From NCBI RefSeq assembly GCF_009914755.1, contig NC_060946.1: a stretch of DNA of 64,000 nt; one strand, 5' to 3'. Below the pieces are notes generated by a model that worked only from the letters and a program-made list of their open reading frames with translations, was not told the DNA's origin and did no database searches. Both the position numbers and the translations under genes were made by a program. Positions within the stretch are counted from its first letter, which is position 1, and each line of letters opens with the position of its first letter. This stretch comes from the human T2T-CHM13v2.0 reference genome, Homo sapiens. This document shows, in pieces, positions 30,473 through 42,989 of this stretch.

Positions 30473-33400
30473 TTTCCTCCTCTGCAAATGAGGCTCATTG
30501 TCCCCACCACAAGCCTGAACCCCAGGGCCTGGCCCAGAGCCAGGCACACATTCTCATTCTCACTTGCTGAGTGTTGAGTGTTGAGATTCGTCCAGTCCAG
30601 TGCAGCATCCTGAGCCAGAACATAAGCAGCCACACTATAAGTTACCTTCCTGGGTGTGTGATGACAGTTAAGATGCTGGTAACATCTGTATTTTGGATTT
30701 TCTCTGCAAGACTTATTTGGGACAATACGTTCTTGGATTGGTACCTGGCTTCTTGATAGGATCATGACCTCATAGAATCACTGGTGCGACTCAACTCTGA
30801 TGCTTAATTGATCCACAAATGGTTGTCGTGGCTCTGGAGGGACCAAATGAATGGGGAGCCTGCCTGGGCTGGTTGCACCGTTGTCCATTTAGTTTGAATA
30901 TATAGAGGGCTTCCCGTGGAGGCTAGGAATCAAGAAGAATCCTGATCCGGGTTCAGGGGAATGAGGCGGGAGTGCTCTGAGGATGCCAGAGTGGTGATTA
31001 ACACAAGGCAGGTGCTGGAGGAGGTGAGCAGTGTCCCCCGCACCATGCATTTCCATGGGGCCTGGCTGAGGTCCTGCCATGGGGTGTGCTGCATAGGGCT
31101 GGGGCACAAGGGAGAATGAGACCTCATCCCTGCCCTTGGGGACATGGGACTCCCAGGTTTGAGAAAATTCAACCACACAAATTAAAACGATTACGAGAAA
31201 TTCTGTCTGATGTGCTTCTTCCAACTTCACCAACAGGTTCATGATAGCCTTGTCTTCTGCCTGACACAGCTGTGTTTGAAAGGGGGCTTCTCCAGTGGGG
31301 AAGGGGGCCCATGTGACCACCCTTCACAGGGCCCAGGTGGGGAAAGCCTGGTGTGGCCCCCTCACATTCCTGCAAGAGGCATCAGAAACTGTGCCTCCCT
31401 CCCTTTGGCGGCCGGCCCTGTGCTACTTCCGGCAGAGCTTGCCTGGCACATGCCGAGTGCCTACCCTGTCCATGCTACTGGGAACCGGGGTTGGAGGGGG
31501 ACTCATACTCCTTTCTAAAGGGAGGCTTCAGAGCCAGGCCGGACCCAGGACACATGCATGGAAGGAGCTGCAGTGTCGCCACAGCCAATCGGGACTTGGG
31601 AGAAAGTTTGAACAACAAAAGAATAACTCTGTAGCACGCTAAGTGAGAGTGAATCTCAGCAGCCTGTGCAACCTCCTTGCCAACTTTCCATGATGATGTG
31701 ACTTTCATTCTGTTGCTTTTATCACTACAGCTGGCTTTAAGGAGGTGATCCATATTAGTGCAGATACTGGGGCAGTGCTAGGACCCGTGTAGTCACAGAT
31801 GCTCTACAGGAAGCAGACACCACCCATGCCAAGGTGCCTGGGCTTCCCCCAGGAGGGCAGCAAGCTTACCAAGCTCAAAGGCTGAGGAGGAGAAGTGGAT
31901 GCATGGAGTCTGCCTGGTTCCCACTGGACCACCACGTGATGATGCCTGTAGGCCCTGCTGGGTGGCCTGCGATAATACTCCTTCTGCCTTAGCGTGGCAC
32001 AGGGGGCCTAGCAGCCCCTGCACCCTGGCCTGTCTCCAAGGCCCCCCTGAGAGTCCAAGTCAGCCTGAGTTACCCCTCAAGACTTGCCACAGTGCCACCC
32101 ACCTACAGGATGGCAGGTAGTGAATTTTGCATTGGCAAGTAGAGAGTGAGTGAAATTCAAGGGAAATAGTTAAAATCGCTGAAATTACATCAAGAAGACT
32201 TAGCTTTTCTTGCCATCAAGAGCAAGGGTAAATAACAGTAATGCTAATATCTTAATAATTTACTTAATTTATTTACAATTATCTTAGAGCCCTTTCCTGA
32301 AAAGGAAACTTCCCCATTCTTTACCATATTCACTGAAAATACGTAGACACCATTATATTTACAATAAAAAGAAAGATAAATTGAAGTAACACTGTTGGCA
32401 GCGAATATAAATATGATGTTCATAAAAGATTACAAACATTTTGATGTACTTTACCATCCCTTTGGTTGAAAACTACATTCTTCACTTCTCTCTTGGAACA
32501 AAAAACATCTTCAAGTTATTTAACATATAACTGAATGACTTTAGAGATTGTATATTTCCACGCAAAGTGAGGAAAGATCTCATTGGCTCTCTGCTTGCTA
32601 GAATGTGACAAAATAATTACTCTGTATTGAATAAGGATGTGTTTTGTTAAAAAATTCCATTATTTCCATGGTAATAAAGTAGAAAGATTTTATATGGGTT
32701 TCTACTATGTCTTTTAAAAATTCTATTTCTGCACTGAGTGTTATTTTTATACTCACTGAAGAAACTGAAATTGCACTTTAAGATTTAAGGGAAATGTTAA
32801 ACAGGAACGATTTTCTAAAAACAAGGTGATACTCTACACTTTGCACATGGCACTTTGAATGTAAAATGTTTTTCTAGAAGTGAAGAACGGGTATTTGCTG
32901 GGGAGAGAAATCCAGATGATGTTTTCCCAGTTTGTGGGAATCTCATGAGAAGGTGTGTGTGCTGCCGTTTAGGTCTTCTCTTTTTTTTTTTTTTTCCTGT
33001 TCGGCTTCTTCACCAAGCCACTGGGTAGCATTTTTGCTTCGATGCCTTGTTCCTCTTTTATGCCTTCTAGGCCAGTGCTTCTCATCTTGAAAGGGGATGT
33101 GATGGCTTCCAGGCACATGGGACCAACTCCTTGCTCCGGTCTGAAAAGACACACGTCGCCTTCCCTTCCCGGAAGCTCGCAGGCCTCTGTGCCTCCTGGG
33201 CTGGTTCTCAAGCCCAGGACAGTGCCAAGAGGATGAGCCCCAGGCCTTCTGCACAGCAAGACCCCTGGACTCCCCCACCATGGAGCCCTGGGGCGGGCTG
33301 GTCTGCAGAGCAGCGGCCTGGGACCTGCACTTTAAGAAGCGCTGTCTGATTTGAGTGGTGCTTAACAAAGCAGTATGAGGAAGGAGCAATGACAGGGGAG

Positions 33401-34834
33401 GACTCATGGTCAAGCCACACAGCAGGGGCAGGAAGCCCGCGGCCCTTGCTGTGAGAAGAGCTCAGATCATTTTCACGTGCTGCTGTGACAGGCAGAGGAG
33501 GCTTAAGAATAATAGGAGTTTTGGAAGACAGATTTGATGGCATACCCAATATAAGAAATGGATTATGAGTAGGTGTAAAATTGTCATCTTTACTCTCTGT
33601 GTGCTTTCAGTTTACTCAAGGTCTTAGGCAATGTCTTAACTACAATTCCAGTTTTTCTCTCTCTGAGAATGGATTGCTTTGGCTGGGGATTACTCACGGT
33701 GAACTTGCTTTGCGGGGAGAGTTGCCGACTGTCTTAATTACATTTTGGTAATCTCCTTTTAATTACTTACCTCCTGTGCATCCCCCAGAGGGAAAGGATG
33801 GGTGGTATCATATTTAATGAGCTTAAGGATGATGCATTAACTATTCCTATTATTCATTACTTCTTTTCTCTTCTATTAGAAAAACACAACAACTTGGGGT
33901 TAAACTGGAGAAGTTAATGATGAATGCAGTCTGGGGTTCTTCCCCGGCTGCCTTCCCCTGCAGCCGCCCTGGAGGAGGCTGGCTGGCTCGCTCGCTCAGG
34001 AGTCCTCAGCGATTCTTCTTTATTCAGACAAAGGGACCTAAACTCTGCAGCCAATGTTGCAGGACCCAAGTGGTCTGTCTCTGCCACCACCTCCTGCTCC
34101 CGATGGCAAATAAACAGGACAAAAGGAAACTCTCACCTACTCTGTCATTTACTACGACCAGAACTGCTTGCGGTCACCCCTTGCTCCACGGTCACCCCCC
34201 TCCTCCTGCCATGTCATGTTCCTTGCAGTTTCATGCTGCCCTTCCAGCCCAGAAATCATTTGCTCAAGGATTTACTCGTCCTCCTGGTAAATGCATGCTT
34301 TTCCGATTTGTCTGAGCTCAGGTGTTAGCTTCTCGGCCAGGTGCATCCTCCTAGGCCAATTTAGGGGGTTGATCCCATTGAATTCCCAGAAAACAGATCG
34401 CACACTGATGGGACAGGGCAGGAGGTGGCCGGTGCAGGGATGCGTGCTGCAGGGACAGTGCCACCTCTGCATCCACGGTTCCTAGTCCACCGTGGTTAGT
34501 CCCTGTCTCAAGCACATTTCTCCTCTTCACTCTTGCTGCAATTTTCTCATGAGGATGTTGAGCAGGTGCTTCTGGAGGTGAAGGCAACTCTTTGTGATGC
34601 GAACTGGGCAGAACTAACCAATGTTGCGGGAGGCAAGCTGACAGCACATAAAGCTTTAGGAATGTTCTCTCCTTGGTCCAGCAATTCCAGGATCAGCAGA
34701 GGCTCCTTGTGACTCGTGCATGAGGACACTCAGGCCTCGCTGAGGGGGGACAGCAGACATGGAGCTTCAAGCCCGGTCTTCTCCACTTGCAGGTCCTTTA
34801 GGGGTATCTTGCTATAGCTCCTGAGCAGCCTAAG

Positions 34835-35285
34835 ACAGTCCCCATGTCACTCAGAGTCAAAGCCAAAGTCTTTACAAGGACCCCAAGCCTACGGCCGCCT
34901 GGCTCCTTCGCTCCCTGGCCCCATCTCCTTAGACCTCTCCTTCATCTGCCCCCAAACCAGTTGGCCCCTTCCTGTGGATGCCATCGCACTAGCAGTGCCG
35001 GCCAGTCCCTTGCCCGATGTCACTGCTCACTCCCTCCCCTCCTCGTCGCTCGGATGTCACCCCTCGACAGGCCCTCCCTTCTGCTCTGCTCCATTTTTCT
35101 CCCAGCTGCTGCTGGAACCTGACATGTGACGGAGTCACTCACTCCTGCTCTGTCCCCCTCGCTAGAATGGGGGCTTCTGGAGGCAGGGACTGCATTTGTT
35201 TACTTTGCTGCTAAACCTGGCACCCAGCTCAGCGCCTGGTACACATGGGCCATAGGAAACACGTGTCATGAGAGAGTGAATGAAC
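34835..35285 (+). mobile_element. L2 3' end
   Basis: cactcagagtcaaagccaaagtctttacaagg ... gcgcctggtacacat...gtgaatgaa. Confidence 0.65.
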
Positions 35286-35818
35286 CCACACGATGGAATG
35301 GCACATGCTAGATGGAATCCATGCTTTAGAGGAAAATGAAGACCCCAGAGAATGCCAGTGCTACCACAGGAGGCGAAAAGGCAGGAGAGAACAGGCCAGG
35401 GGACCCCGGAGGTGAGGCCAGCGGAGCTGGAAGAGGAGAGTGGGATCCCTCATCTATCAAATCAGCACATCGGGGAATAACGCCTAAGACTGATCATTTA
35501 GGAAATGGCAGGGTAAGAATATTATTGAGAGACAGGAATATATGCAGCTGAAGAAACAGCAAAAAAACAAAATAAAAGTGATTGTTCTTGGGGAGCAGGA
35601 CTGGAGGTTAAATGGGTGAGTCAAGTGATCTCTGTTTTTAAATCTTTTGCAACAATTCAATTTCATTTCTATATGGGCATATGTTACACTTTGATACAAA
35701 TGAAAAATGTTTGTTAAAAAAAAAGACTTGCAAGAGTTCAGAACACAACCCCCAAACTCAGCAGTATACATGGTCTGTCCTCAGCCCCACTCCTAGAGGA
35801 CATTCATATAATAAAAAG

Positions 35819-36150
<332 letters not shown>

Positions 36151-36249
36151 TTAATACTAGTTGTCCCAAGGGGTGATTGTAATTATTTTCTTCAAATGTA
36201 TCAGCATATTCCAAACAGTATATAATGGACATAAACAACTTCTACGAAT

Positions 36250-36330
36250 GTCAGCTTAAATCATATGAAATTGTCAATATTCAATCATTTATGTCTTTAA
36301 AAATGGTAATTTCATACAGCCCAACCCAAT
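36250..36330. mobile_element. MADE2 (Hsmar2 MITE)
   Basis: catatgaaattg.caatatt ... aaaaatggtaatttcata...caacc.aata matches the recalled MADE2 consensus. Confidence 0.7.
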
Positions 36331-37536
36331 AGGACAGAATTATTTAAAATATATATAAGGGGCTGCTTTTAAGATCAATAAAACGATTCCTATCCCTTGA
36401 CTCCAGTTATTTTATTTCTTGGATCTTTCCTAAGAAATGAACCCAAAATGTAGATAGAGATTTACATGCAAAGTGCTCACTGTAAATTACAGAGGCAAAA
36501 GCTGGAAAAAAAAAATCCTAAATGCTTAAAAATAAGGGAGTGGGTGCAATGTTATATAGACCTTTTGGCTGATGTTTGGGAAATCTTTAAGTGACAGGGT
36601 ACAATTTAACGTTAAGTGAAAAAAAGCAAGATACATGAATATATATACACTGTCATCTCCACCATGTAAAAAAATGCGTTAGAAAAAAAAAAACTTCTTT
36701 AAGGCAGGGTAGTGCATAGAAAGAACACCAGCTCTGAAGCCGAACCCTCCGGCTTGCCACTCCTTGCTGAGCTCAGGTGGCTACATGACTTCTGGGAGCC
36801 TGTCTACTCCGCCTTCCCCAACAGGCATGACAGTGAGATGAGAAATCGCAGGTGAAGGGCCCAGAGCTTAGTAGGTGCTCACCAAATGGTGGCCAAGGTT
36901 GTTCTTGTCATCATCCCCATCATCGTGGGGTCTAGATTACTGCTATCCTTTTTTACGTATATTTTTTGCATTGTCCCCAATGTCTCCCATGAATATGTAT
37001 TCCTTTTAAAATGACAAAAAAAAAAAACCATAATCATAAAAATAGCAAGGGTCACTATAAAACAAGAGCAAAGACAAGCCATGGACCAGCAGAAGGTATT
37101 TGCGACGCACATGACAACTAAGGGCTTAAAGCCTTTCAGGTCATTTGTAGACAACGAGACCTGAATAGTTGACAACCCATGAAAGTGTCTGACCTTACTA
37201 AGGATCACATGGTAGAAGTTAGAATGTTTAACAATACCAAGGGACAGCAGGGATGTGGAGTGTCAGGAACTCTCCTGTACCACTGGTGGGGCTGTACATT
37301 GTACAACCACTTAGGAGAATGCTGGCCGTTTCTGGGAAGCTGAACATGGACCCGCCCTCCCGTCAGCAATTCCATGCAGAGTAGCTCCAGTGTGTGCACA
37401 CAAGGAGACAAGCACAGAAGGGTGACTGGTGCTTTGCTTGTAATGAAGGAAACTGAGAACAACCTGCATGTTCATTAACAGGAGGGTGACGACCGAATGG
37501 CAGCATGTTATTCACAATCATATATTCAGTTAATAG

Positions 37537-37868
<332 letters not shown>

Positions 37869-38074
37869 ACTTTTTATAGCAGCTTAAGTGCATCAACTAA
37901 AGCCAACATATTAACATGGATAAATCTAAAATGCATTACTATAAGAAAAAATAAGTGCAGATACAACATTCAATATAATATCACTTACATAAAGCTTAAA
38001 GGCATGCAACACAATAGTGTATTTTGTTTAGAAACATCCATCTAAATGGCAAAGATGAAAAAAAAAATCACAAA

Positions 38075-38310
38075 AACCACAGTGTTTAGGAACCTGGAGT
38101 CAGGCTTACAAACCAGCCCCATTACTCACTAGCTGGGTGACTGTGGATAATACTTAATGTCTCTGTGCCAAGGCCTCATCTCTCAACTGGGGATAGTAAC
38201 AGCTTGTATCTCATAGTGACCTCAACATGATTACACATGTTAATATATATACAAAGGACTAGAAATAGTGGCAGGTACATAGAAGACATGCTATAGTGTT
38301 TGCTGCTGTT
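38075..38310 (+). mobile_element. MIR
   Basis: actagctgggtgactgtggataatacttaatgtctctgtgcc...ctcatct...tggggatagtaacag MIR core. Confidence 0.7.
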
Positions 38311-38666
38311 ATTATTAACCTGAAACCTTAAAAATGTTCATGCTGTTTGCTTTAGTAATCTCATTTCCCAGATCATCTTCTGGGATCTAAGACTCCTTAG
38401 AATGCTAAATCAACCAGAGAAAACAAGCTCCCAAACCTCTTTGAAAATTAAAATAAAATAAAATAAAAATTTCCAACAAAGTAAAGGATGCATATTCACC
38501 TTCTAATACTCTGTATATAATTTATACCAGTTTTTCATTTAGAATGAGCTAATTACATGAGGTGATTGCCAATTTATCTGATATGGTTCTAATCAATTAT
38601 CCATTTTGTAAAAACTAATTTTAGCTCATTTTCAAAGAGATGCTTATGTGCTGCAGACATTCTTAC

Positions 38667-38858
38667 CTCCTCAAGGAAACAGCTAAAGTTCTGGAGAAAA
38701 TATTTCCAATTTATATAGGGGGTTAGATGAATTCTTAGTTTCCTCAAAAAATAATGATACTGATTGTCCGTTAGTTTGTAACAGAAATCCTTAAGAACTT
38801 GTCCGAATTCTGTAGCCTTTACAAATCCTGTATCCTCTTTATCCAATGCAGAAAATGC
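38667..38858 (-). CDS. EFCAB6: EFCAB6 internal coding exon (192 nt, phase 0-0): AFSALDKEDTGFVKATEFGQVLKDFCYKLTDNQYHYFLRKLRIHLTPYINWKYFLQNFSCFLEE
   Basis: Acceptor ttctttttAG|G with a long polypyrimidine tract and donor GAG|GTAAGA. EF-hand loop DKEDTGFVKATE. Confidence 0.95.
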
Positions 38859-41000
38859 CTAAAAAGAAAGAAAAGAAAAAAAGATGGCAAATCCTGTCAA
38901 ATGAATACTTCTAAAACACTTTCCTTAAGTACTGTTTCTGCTGAATGCAAATGAAGCCTAGTGTATAAAAGTACCTTGTAAATTCTAAATTACTAAATAA
39001 ATGCACCATTATTGAAGGACTGAGACAAGTATGATATGAACGCAGTATGGGAGCTTATGAGTTCTAGAGGAAATTTGCCTTACTTGCTCCTATTTGGATG
39101 TGAGGAGGAAGGAGAATAAAGAGGAATCCTGGCCCCAAGCACCCGTAACCTTCCTGATGGAAGCCTCGCCCCTGCTCCCAGGATCCCTGTTTTACAGAGC
39201 AGAGCAGAGAGTAACTTGCTCAAGCTCTCTTGACCCTTACATTCTACTTCCTTTAAGTATTAATTAGTTGTAACAGGAGGCTCAGGAGAGACCCCACCGC
39301 ATCACATCAGGGCTGGTGTCTCAAGACAGGAGTCTGACTTTGGGAGCAGCTGGGAGGAGGGATCAGGGGACCACCCTGACCCCACCCCTGTCCTTCACAA
39401 CCAGGCTTGTGTGCTGAGGTTGCTGTCCTTTCCTGAGTCTCGGCCAGAGCCCGAGTGGCCTTGCATCATGAGAAGCTGCCCTGGGTCTGCACTGGAGCAG
39501 CGGGGGCACACGTTGTGAATCCTACAGTAGAGTAGTTAAACTGAAAAAGTGCAAAAATGTGCTATAAAAAGAAAGCACATTTTTTTCCATCTGTCGAAAT
39601 AAAATCATTCATTTTTATTACACCAGGAAATCTGCATCCAGGGGTAGATTAAGATCTTTTTTAAAGGAAGAATTTAGCATGCCTGCAAACCCCACACCCT
39701 TGTAGTTAATTCTCATTCGGGGCTAATTAGGCACGCCCCATTGGCCCAACAGGGTGATGGCATATGTGTAATCAAATTAACCTTAAAACATCAGATAGCT
39801 TCACATTTTCATGTAGTTCATGGTAACATGAGGTAGCTGTGTACAGTGGGAAATCCCCTAGCCAGGAGTTGTTCTGGGAACCTGGGCTCTGCTGCCCACC
39901 ATAAGTCCTGAACCTCTCTAAACTTTAGCTTCTTTACTGTAAAGATGGACTTAACTCAGAGGGCAGGTGTAAGTTTTCCTAAGTTTGCTGGAAAATGCCC
40001 CCATCCAGGTACCTGGCCCGTGGGGATCTCAAATGTTAAGGAGAACGATCATAAGAATGAACACAGACAACTGTGCCGCAGGGGCAATGGCAGCGGCAGG
40101 CTCAGGTGTGAAGAGGAGCCTCCTGCAAAGCTCAGCTGGCTGGGCTGCCCCTCCTCACTCCTTCCCTCCCCACATTTAATCCCTCACACCGCACCGGGAC
40201 TCCGGAGCCCACCTTGCTTCCCTACACCAAGGAAATTGGGATGTGATTTACAAAAAAAAAAAAAAAAGTTTAAAATAGATCTCAGGAGTGGAGAGTGAGT
40301 GATTCCCACCTCCAAGAGTCTGATACCCTAAAAGGGTCACTAGCCTTGATTTCTTCAAAAGTCAAGACACTAACTAAGGTCGATCCTCAGAAGAAGTCAT
40401 GGGCAGTAGACATCACATCTCTAGTAAAGATCTTCAGGACTTCAATTCTTCAAACCACCTGGATTTGGAAAAGAAGGGCTGCGACAAGTCCATTTCCCCT
40501 TCCTCCTCAGGTTCTGGGCTCTGCTCCATAGTCCCTGTGTGACCCTGGGCAGGTTTATTCACGCTGAGCCTCAGTTTCCCCTCCTGTAGAGTGGAATCAG
40601 GAGCCCCACCTTGCAAGGTTATGATCAAAGAGAAAAAGACTCATGAACTCTCATTAGGGCTTGTGGCCCCCCAGCACCCTGGGAAGCCCTCTAGAGTGTG
40701 TGGAGCCAGGACTCTGTGACGTTAGAAGGGATGTTCACTGTGGGGATTGAGAGGTGTTGAGTGGATCTTTCAGTCTGGGTTGCTGTGGCTGTTTGGGCTC
40801 TGGGTGCCGGCTTCCCACAGGATGATTCCGACGCTGCCTTGTTCTCTTCGATGCCTGCCCTCTGCAGAAAGCATCTTCCCTTCTTGACGCTGACACACAG
40901 AAGCTCACCTGGGAGCACCACCTCACCAGGAGGCTGGTTCCAAGCACAATATCCAAGGACACCAGCACAGTCCACAGCATCAGTACTCCACACACACAAG

Positions 41001-42315
41001 CATCATTCCATACATGTAGGCATCATACCCTACACGCGGTCATCATTCCCTACGTGCAGGCATTATTCTGTACATGCAGGCATCATTCCATACACACAGG
41101 CATCATTCCCTACACACAGGCATTATTCCCTACAAGCAGGCATCATACCCTACACGCAGGCATCATTCCCTACATGCAGGCATCATTCCCTACACGCAGG
41201 CATCATTGTCTACATGCAAGCATCATTCCATATGTATAGGCATCATTCCGTACACGTAGGCATCATTGCTTACATGCAAGCATCATTCCATACACATAGG
41301 CATCATTCCGTACACGCAGGCATCATTCCCTACACGCAGGCATCATACCCTACATGCAGGCATCATTCCCTACACGCAGGCATCATTCCGTACATGCAGG
41401 CCTCATTCCCTACACGCAGGCATCATTGTCTACATGCAAGCATCATTCCATAAGTATAGGCATCATTCTGTACACGTAGGCATCATTGCTTACATGCAAG
41501 CATCATTCCATACACATAGGCATCATTCCGTACATGCAGGCATCATTCCCTACATGCAGGCATCATACCCTACATGCAGGCATCATTCCCTACATGCAGG
41601 CATTATTCCCTATACGCAGGCATTATTTCCTACAGATAGGCATCATTCTCTACACGCAGGTATCATTCCCTACACGCAGGTATCATTCCCTACACATAGG
41701 CATCATTCCCTACACGCAGGCATCATTCCCTGCATGCAGGCATCATTCTGTACATGCAGGCATCATTCCCTACATGCAAGCATCATTCCATACATATAGG
41801 CATCATTCTGTACATGTAGGCATCATTGCTTACCTGCAAGCATCATTCCATACACATAGGCATCATTCCGTACACGCAGGCATCATTCCCTACACGCAGG
41901 CATCATTCCCTACACGCAGGCATCATTCCCTGCATGCAGGCATCATTCCCTACATGCAAGCATCATTCCATACATATAGGCATCATTCCGTACACGTAGG
42001 CATCATTGCTTACATACAAGCATCATTCCATACACATAGGCATCATTCCATACATGCAGGCATCATTCCCTACACACAGGCATCATTCCGTACACGCAGG
42101 CATCATTCCCTACAGGCAAGCATCATTCCACACACGCAGGCATCATTCCCTACACGCAGGCATCATTCTCTATATGCAGGCATTATTCCCTACACTCAGG
42201 CATCATTCCCTACATGCAGGCATCATTCCGTACACACAGGCATCATTCCCTACACGCAGGCATCATTGCCTACATGCAAGCATCATTCCATACACATAGG
42301 CATCATTCCGTACAC
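41001..42315. repeat. 20-bp minisatellite (CATCATTCCCTACAYGCAGG), 65 full units plus a partial unit
   Basis: Units stay in exact 20-bp register from 41001 to 42300. A degenerate unit precedes the array at 40981. Confidence 0.98.
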
Positions 42316-42793
42316 CGTCTAAAGCACCACGCAGATGGAAGCTGTAGAATGTCAACCTACTCAGGTGACTCCCCTTGCTCCTGGAGGACTTCACAATGAA
42401 GTCTCTGTGCCACAACCTGGCTCAGTTCAACCTCTTCAAGGCCACCTTGAGTCCTTCATCTCTGTGGACCCAGTGCCTGGCTGCGTTGAGAGCTCCCAGG
42501 ATGCGCTGAGCCCACTCTTGCCCAAGGGCCTCTGTTTTCTGCCTTTTTTGCCCAGAGCCCCATGTCCTCACCCCAGACTCAGCATTTCTAAATGCTGAGC
42601 ACTCCCACCTCAGAGAGCACATGCTGGGGTGGAAGAGTGGATACACAACTACCCACATAAAAACTCTGCTCATGGTTAACTAGACACCCCAAGGAGAATG
42701 AACAGAGGTGGGAGGGGTTTCAGGGTGGGGCTGAGAGGTGTTTTCATGAATCAAGATGAGTTTTCACAGTAAAGCACTTTCAGCCTGTCATAC

Positions 42794-42989
42794 CGTGGAC
42801 AAAGCCAGCTGGGAGGACTCAACTACTTCCTGGATCTTCCTCACAACCTCCTGTGGATTCAGCGTTGCAAAATTGATTGGCATGCTCTCTTCTTTTTCCT
42901 TGGGCTGAGCTCCTGTTGACTTGCTGTTCTCCACTGCTCTCAGGAAGTCGAGGTAATTGATAGCATTATCATGCCGGCTGACTCCCCAA
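42794..42989 (-). CDS. EFCAB6: EFCAB6 internal coding exon (196 nt, phase 2-0): (S)WGVSRHDNAINYLDFLRAVENSKSTGAQPKEKEESMPINFATLNPQEVVRKIQEVVESSQLALST
   Basis: Not in the ORF track; translated by hand. Acceptor ttcttttcttccttttgggacaAG|T and donor ACG|GTATGA. It is required to convert phase 2 to phase 0 between its neighbours. Confidence 0.92.

Noticed and set aside
30118-30765. 215-aa minus-strand ORF sharing peptide with ORF 28840-29076
   Set aside because: The similarity comes from the DNA duplication. Copy 1 has a stop in the equivalent frame and there is no recognisable domain.
41001-42315. CRISPR-like array
   Set aside because: Contiguous 20-bp tandem units with no unique spacers, no cas genes, and a primate intronic context. 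It is a minisatellite.
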